NCBI GenBank assembly: GCA_951406725.2
Contig: OX597827.1
Span: 65,472,001-65,536,000 of the forward strand
DNA: 64,000 nt
Reading direction: 5' to 3'
DNA from: Octopus vulgaris
Lineage: Eukaryota
Shown: piece by piece, positions 59,665 to 64,000 of the stretch
Layout: each line of letters opens with the position of its first letter
How positions within the stretch are numbered: the first letter of the stretch is position 1
The notes under the pieces: generated by a model
Databases searched by the model: none
Seen by the model: only the letters and a program-made list of their open reading frames with translations
Told to the model about the DNA's origin: nothing
Made by a program: the position numbers and the translations under genes

Positions 59665-60122
59665 TTGTATCTTTTCAATCATCAGATTGCGGCCATGCTG
59701 GGTCACCGCCTTGAATAGTTTTCCTCCTAATATATCGGCCCCAGTACATATTTTCTGCTGAAACGCTAAGTTGCGGGGACGTAAACACAACAGAACTGTT
59801 TGACAAGCGGTGATGGTGTGACAAATACACACCCCCACACACACATACACACACAAATCACACACAAACGCACACACACAAACACAACCACACACATGGG
59901 TTTCTTTCTCTTTCCACCTACTAAATCCACTTATAAGGTTTTGGTCGATCCGAGGCTATAGTAGAATATACTTCCCCAAGCGTCTACCAAATCCACTTAT
60001 AAGGTTTTTGGTGGTACGAGGCTATGATAGAAGGTTATTTCCCCAAAGTGCAGCGAAGTGGGACTGGAACTCGAACCGTGTGGTTTCGAAGCAAGCCTCT
60101 TGCCACACAACCATCCTTGCGT
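59665..60122 (-). mobile_element. Divergent SINE family A with internal ~65-bp duplication
   Basis: gcggccatgctgggtcaccgcctt..; aaatccacttataaggtttt..cgaggctat twice; gtgggactggaactcgaacc. Confidence 0.85.
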
Positions 60123-60239
60123 CTATGATCTAGATCTAGACACTTGTTTCTTCCTTGCTTTTGCAACTAGAAGCTGTATAACAATAAGGAAGAGTTCCCG
60201 ACAGCTAAGGGACAAGACTGTCCCTGAAGCTAAAGGACA

Positions 60240-61716
60240 TGCTTCAAGACATCAGTAATCACAAGTTGACTTCTAAGTCAACACCAATGGTTTTCTTTAG
60301 AACAGAATACGACAATTGCCTTGTTTTAGAAGCTGAAGATTCTGAATCTTTTGCCGTGGAAAATGGAAGAAAGCAAGGAGACATTGATGCACCCATCCCT
60401 TTAGCAATATACATTGCTGTTGTTCTCTCACAGGTATTTCAAAATTCCGAGGAGGGTATTTATATAAAATATCGAACAGCAGGAGATGTATTCAACCTGA
60501 CCAGACTGGAATTCAACACAAATGTTTTTACTTCACTCATTAGAAAACTCTTATACGCTGATGATTGCGATCTAGTCAGTCACTCTGAAACGGGCGTGCA
60601 ATCGCTTGAATTCGCATTTGGCATAGCTTGTGAGGATTTTGGCTTGACCATCAGCTTGAAAGTAAAACAGTTGTAATGTATCACCCTGCACGTGGTACTG
60701 ATTCTAACATCACTGAAAATTTCGTTAAGAGCAAGCTACTTGAGTTTGTTGACTCAATCATTTACGTTGGAAGCACTGTACAAAATTATGGAAATATGGA
60801 CATATAAATACAACTGCGAATTCAAAGGGCAGCCCAAGCATTTGATGGTTTGGAGTCACGCGTTTGGCACCAACGACATATAACAGTACAAAATTGGCCC
60901 TTTACAAATTGTTTGTGTTAGCATCCCTGGTGTATTCTTCTGAAACATGGACGTGTTATGAAAGACATTTCAAATTGTTAGAACGGTTCCGCCAAAAATA
61001 CCTTCGACGCATTTTAAACATTAAATGCGTCTTTTTCTTACTCTAGACATAGATGTTATTTTGTCTGCATGCATCAGTTCAATTAAATCAATGATTCTGA
61101 AAAAACAAATGAGATGGCCTTATCATATTGTTAGAATGGTGGATGAACGCACATCTAAAGAACTGTTTTATGACTGTCTTACAGAGGAGAAATGCAATCG
61201 GTGTAAACTTAAGAGGTTTAAGGACGGCCCAAGGACTACCAGGATGTCACTTGGAATTGATCCAAAGGCCAAAGAAATCCTTGCTTGGGATCCAGCTGGA
61301 TGGCAATCAAAAGTGTGTGGAGTAGAGTGAAAGCGTTTAAGGCGGCTAGGATAACATATGCAAGACTCAAGAGAGGTTTAATGAGGAATATTGCGATCGA
61401 GAAGGTGAGTTTAGGGGACCATTTTGTGTGCACAATTTGTGACAGACCATGCCATTCATTCGCTGGGCTCAGATCTCATTTGCGGACCCATGAAAACACA
61501 CCTCCACCAACTATTCTGCCTATATATCTGTACACATCTTTCAATGACGTGTACGCAATAAGGACCGCAGTTATAACGGAAACCTCAAAAATCATTTTAA
61601 GATCCAAAAAAATCAGAACCGAACTGCAGCTTTTGGTGGCCCAAATCAGATATGCAATCTATGTGGGTGTGTTTTCAATACATTGTCTGATTTAAAAAGC
61701 CTCATCAGACCCCCAT
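60240..61716 (+). mobile_element. 5'-truncated, decayed RTE-clade LINE (RT plus C-terminal C2H2 fingers)
   Basis: SESFAVENGRKQG..AP..GIYIKYRTAGDVFNLTRL..IRKLLYADDCDL..FGLTISLK; LVYSSETWT..LERFRQKYLRRIL; QMRW..HIVRM..R..KELFY; CTICDRPCHSFAGLRSHLRTH; multiple frameshifts. Confidence 0.93.
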
Positions 61717-61731
61717 ATATGTATATATGTA

Positions 61732-61796
<65 letters not shown>

Positions 61797-61822
61797 TATA
61801 CATATATATACATACATACATG

Positions 61823-61863
<41 letters not shown>

Positions 61864-61898
61864 GTATATATATATATTAATATGTATCTATATGTATA

Positions 61899-61969
<71 letters not shown>

Positions 61970-62493
61970 CTGTGTGTGTGTATAATATAATGTATATTTA
62001 TAGAAACAGATAAACCGGTCATTTTGAGTTTTGATTGACTACTCCAACTCGATGGAAAAGAAACAAAAAATAAGACACAGAAGATCATACAAACAAGAAC
62101 GTTTATTTAGTTAGACATATTTGACAATGAATAAAGACATAAAGAGAAATGTTTCGTAAATAATAAAAGAAAAATAGACATCTCTGACATTTAGCGCTAG
62201 ACTAGGAAAAAAAAAAAGCTAAAGATTTTAGACGAGGTGCCTTTCTATAACACATTTTTTCATCAACGAAAAGCATGAAAATAAGAAAAAATCCCTTGCT
62301 AGATGTTTAAACACATCTCCACATGACATACAACATTGAGAACAGTTGCTAACACTCACCGAAAATATATTAAAACATCTTTTTTGAAATAATATATTTA
62401 CCAAAAACAAAAAAAAAAGCTTCAGAGAGTAGTAACGTTTAAAAGAGTCTGTTGTATAGTCGACTTCATTTTGTTTTCCATGTATACATTAAT

Positions 62494-62965
<472 letters not shown>

Positions 62966-62969
62966 ATTA

Positions 62970-63185
62970 TTTAAAAACAGCAAAAATATCACAAAAACTG
63001 TTACTCAGAGATTTACGTTCTCGGCGTCGAACAGCTTTTTTAGAAAGAAAACTGTATGACGAATGGGAAACTCTAAGAAACAGTTTTTGTGATATTTTTG
63101 CTGTTGTTTAAAGCATATTGCTCTACCTGTGGTATTCGAATGCTAGTTTCCACCTTGGTTCGCATATATGCTTATACTCTGGTAT
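62970..63185. mobile_element. (TA)n-flanked fold-back element with two inverted degenerate hammerhead-like motifs
   Basis: aacagcaaaaatatcacaaaaactgtt / aacagtttttgtgatatttttgctgtt inverted arms; inner actgt-ATGACGA-atgg-GAAA-ctctaag-aa-acagt on +. Confidence 0.65.
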
Positions 63186-63235
63186 TTATATATTCATATA
63201 TATATATATATTTATTTACTCTCGTATATATATAT

Positions 63236-63448
63236 AAGAGGCTTTCTTCCAAGGAATCTAATGCGCTTGGCTTAGATTTTCCTTTGGGGCTGGCCAGATC
63301 GGAGCAATCTCAAGATTAATCAGCCGAAATTGCGAGGATGATCCGGTTCTTGACTGAAGATTGGAGGCTTCGAATGTCCCGTCCGTGTTTTTAGTATCGT
63401 CTCCTAAATGTTTTACGTTCTTGTCCCAGTTTGTATTTTTTTTACATT

Positions 63449-63450
<2 letters not shown>
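63236..63450 (+). mobile_element. (TA)n-embedded short repeat, family shared with 42715-42836
   Basis: Inverted match to 42715-42836; (TA)n on both sides. Confidence 0.8.
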
Positions 63451-63482
<32 letters not shown>

Positions 63483-64000
63483 CATTCACATATATATTCA
63501 TATATATATATTTGATGCATGTATGTGTATGTGTGTGTGAGTGTGCATGTGTGTAAAGGAAGGAAATTATAAGCCCTATAGTCTATTAGTTAGACGTCCT
63601 AAAGTTATTTCTTCCGACTCTCTTTTCATAATTTTTATTTTCTTTTTCTTTCATAGACAAGTTCCTTTCTACATCCTTCAACTAAACTGAGAAGAACACA
63701 GTGTATTTCAAAAGTAACTGTTTAGCAAAAACGGGCGAAAATCCCATTCATTGGGTTGAATTTAAACTATTTCCTTTAAAAACAGTATAGAAATACTGAT
63801 AATATCCCATGTCCCACATAATGTAGTTTTGAAAGCTTGCAGTTTGAACACCGTTCATATATAGTTTAAACTATTGGCAATCCTATAGTATATCACCCAT
63901 CCATTTCCTCAAGATATCTGCGCGAAGAGACGCAAGTCTATCACAGTAATTCTGTTAGATAGTCTCTTCTGCATAATATGTGAGGGCCTAATGCTGTATT

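Noticed and set aside
63350-63380. CTGAAGA..CGAA..GTC as another hammerhead
   Set aside because: Stems I and II do not pair convincingly and GAAA is incomplete

Overview
Repeat-saturated, AT-rich animal (eukaryotic) DNA. The SINE families, microsatellite load and transposon mix point to a coleoid cephalopod, most likely Octopus (inference). Almost all listed ORFs are artefacts of (TA)n/(CA)n/(TATG)n/(ATCT)n tracts. Well supported: one intact initiator tRNA-Met gene (56098-56169, -); about 20 tRNA-derived SINE copies from four families, including a head-to-tail multimer; three Helitrons, two with decayed PIF1-type helicase and two with clear TC...CTAG ends; an internally deleted mariner; a decayed RTE LINE with C2H2 fingers; and Penelope-like RT/GIY-YIG remnants. 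The most interesting signal is a recurrent class of short elements in or beside (TA)n arrays that carry minimal hammerhead-ribozyme motifs (near-canonical at 53452-53524) and often form fold-back palindromes, one a perfect 101-bp-arm hairpin centred on a hammerhead core. No host gene could be established; several isolated candidate exons and micro-exons are reported at low confidence. Repeat boundaries are approximate unless termini are stated.
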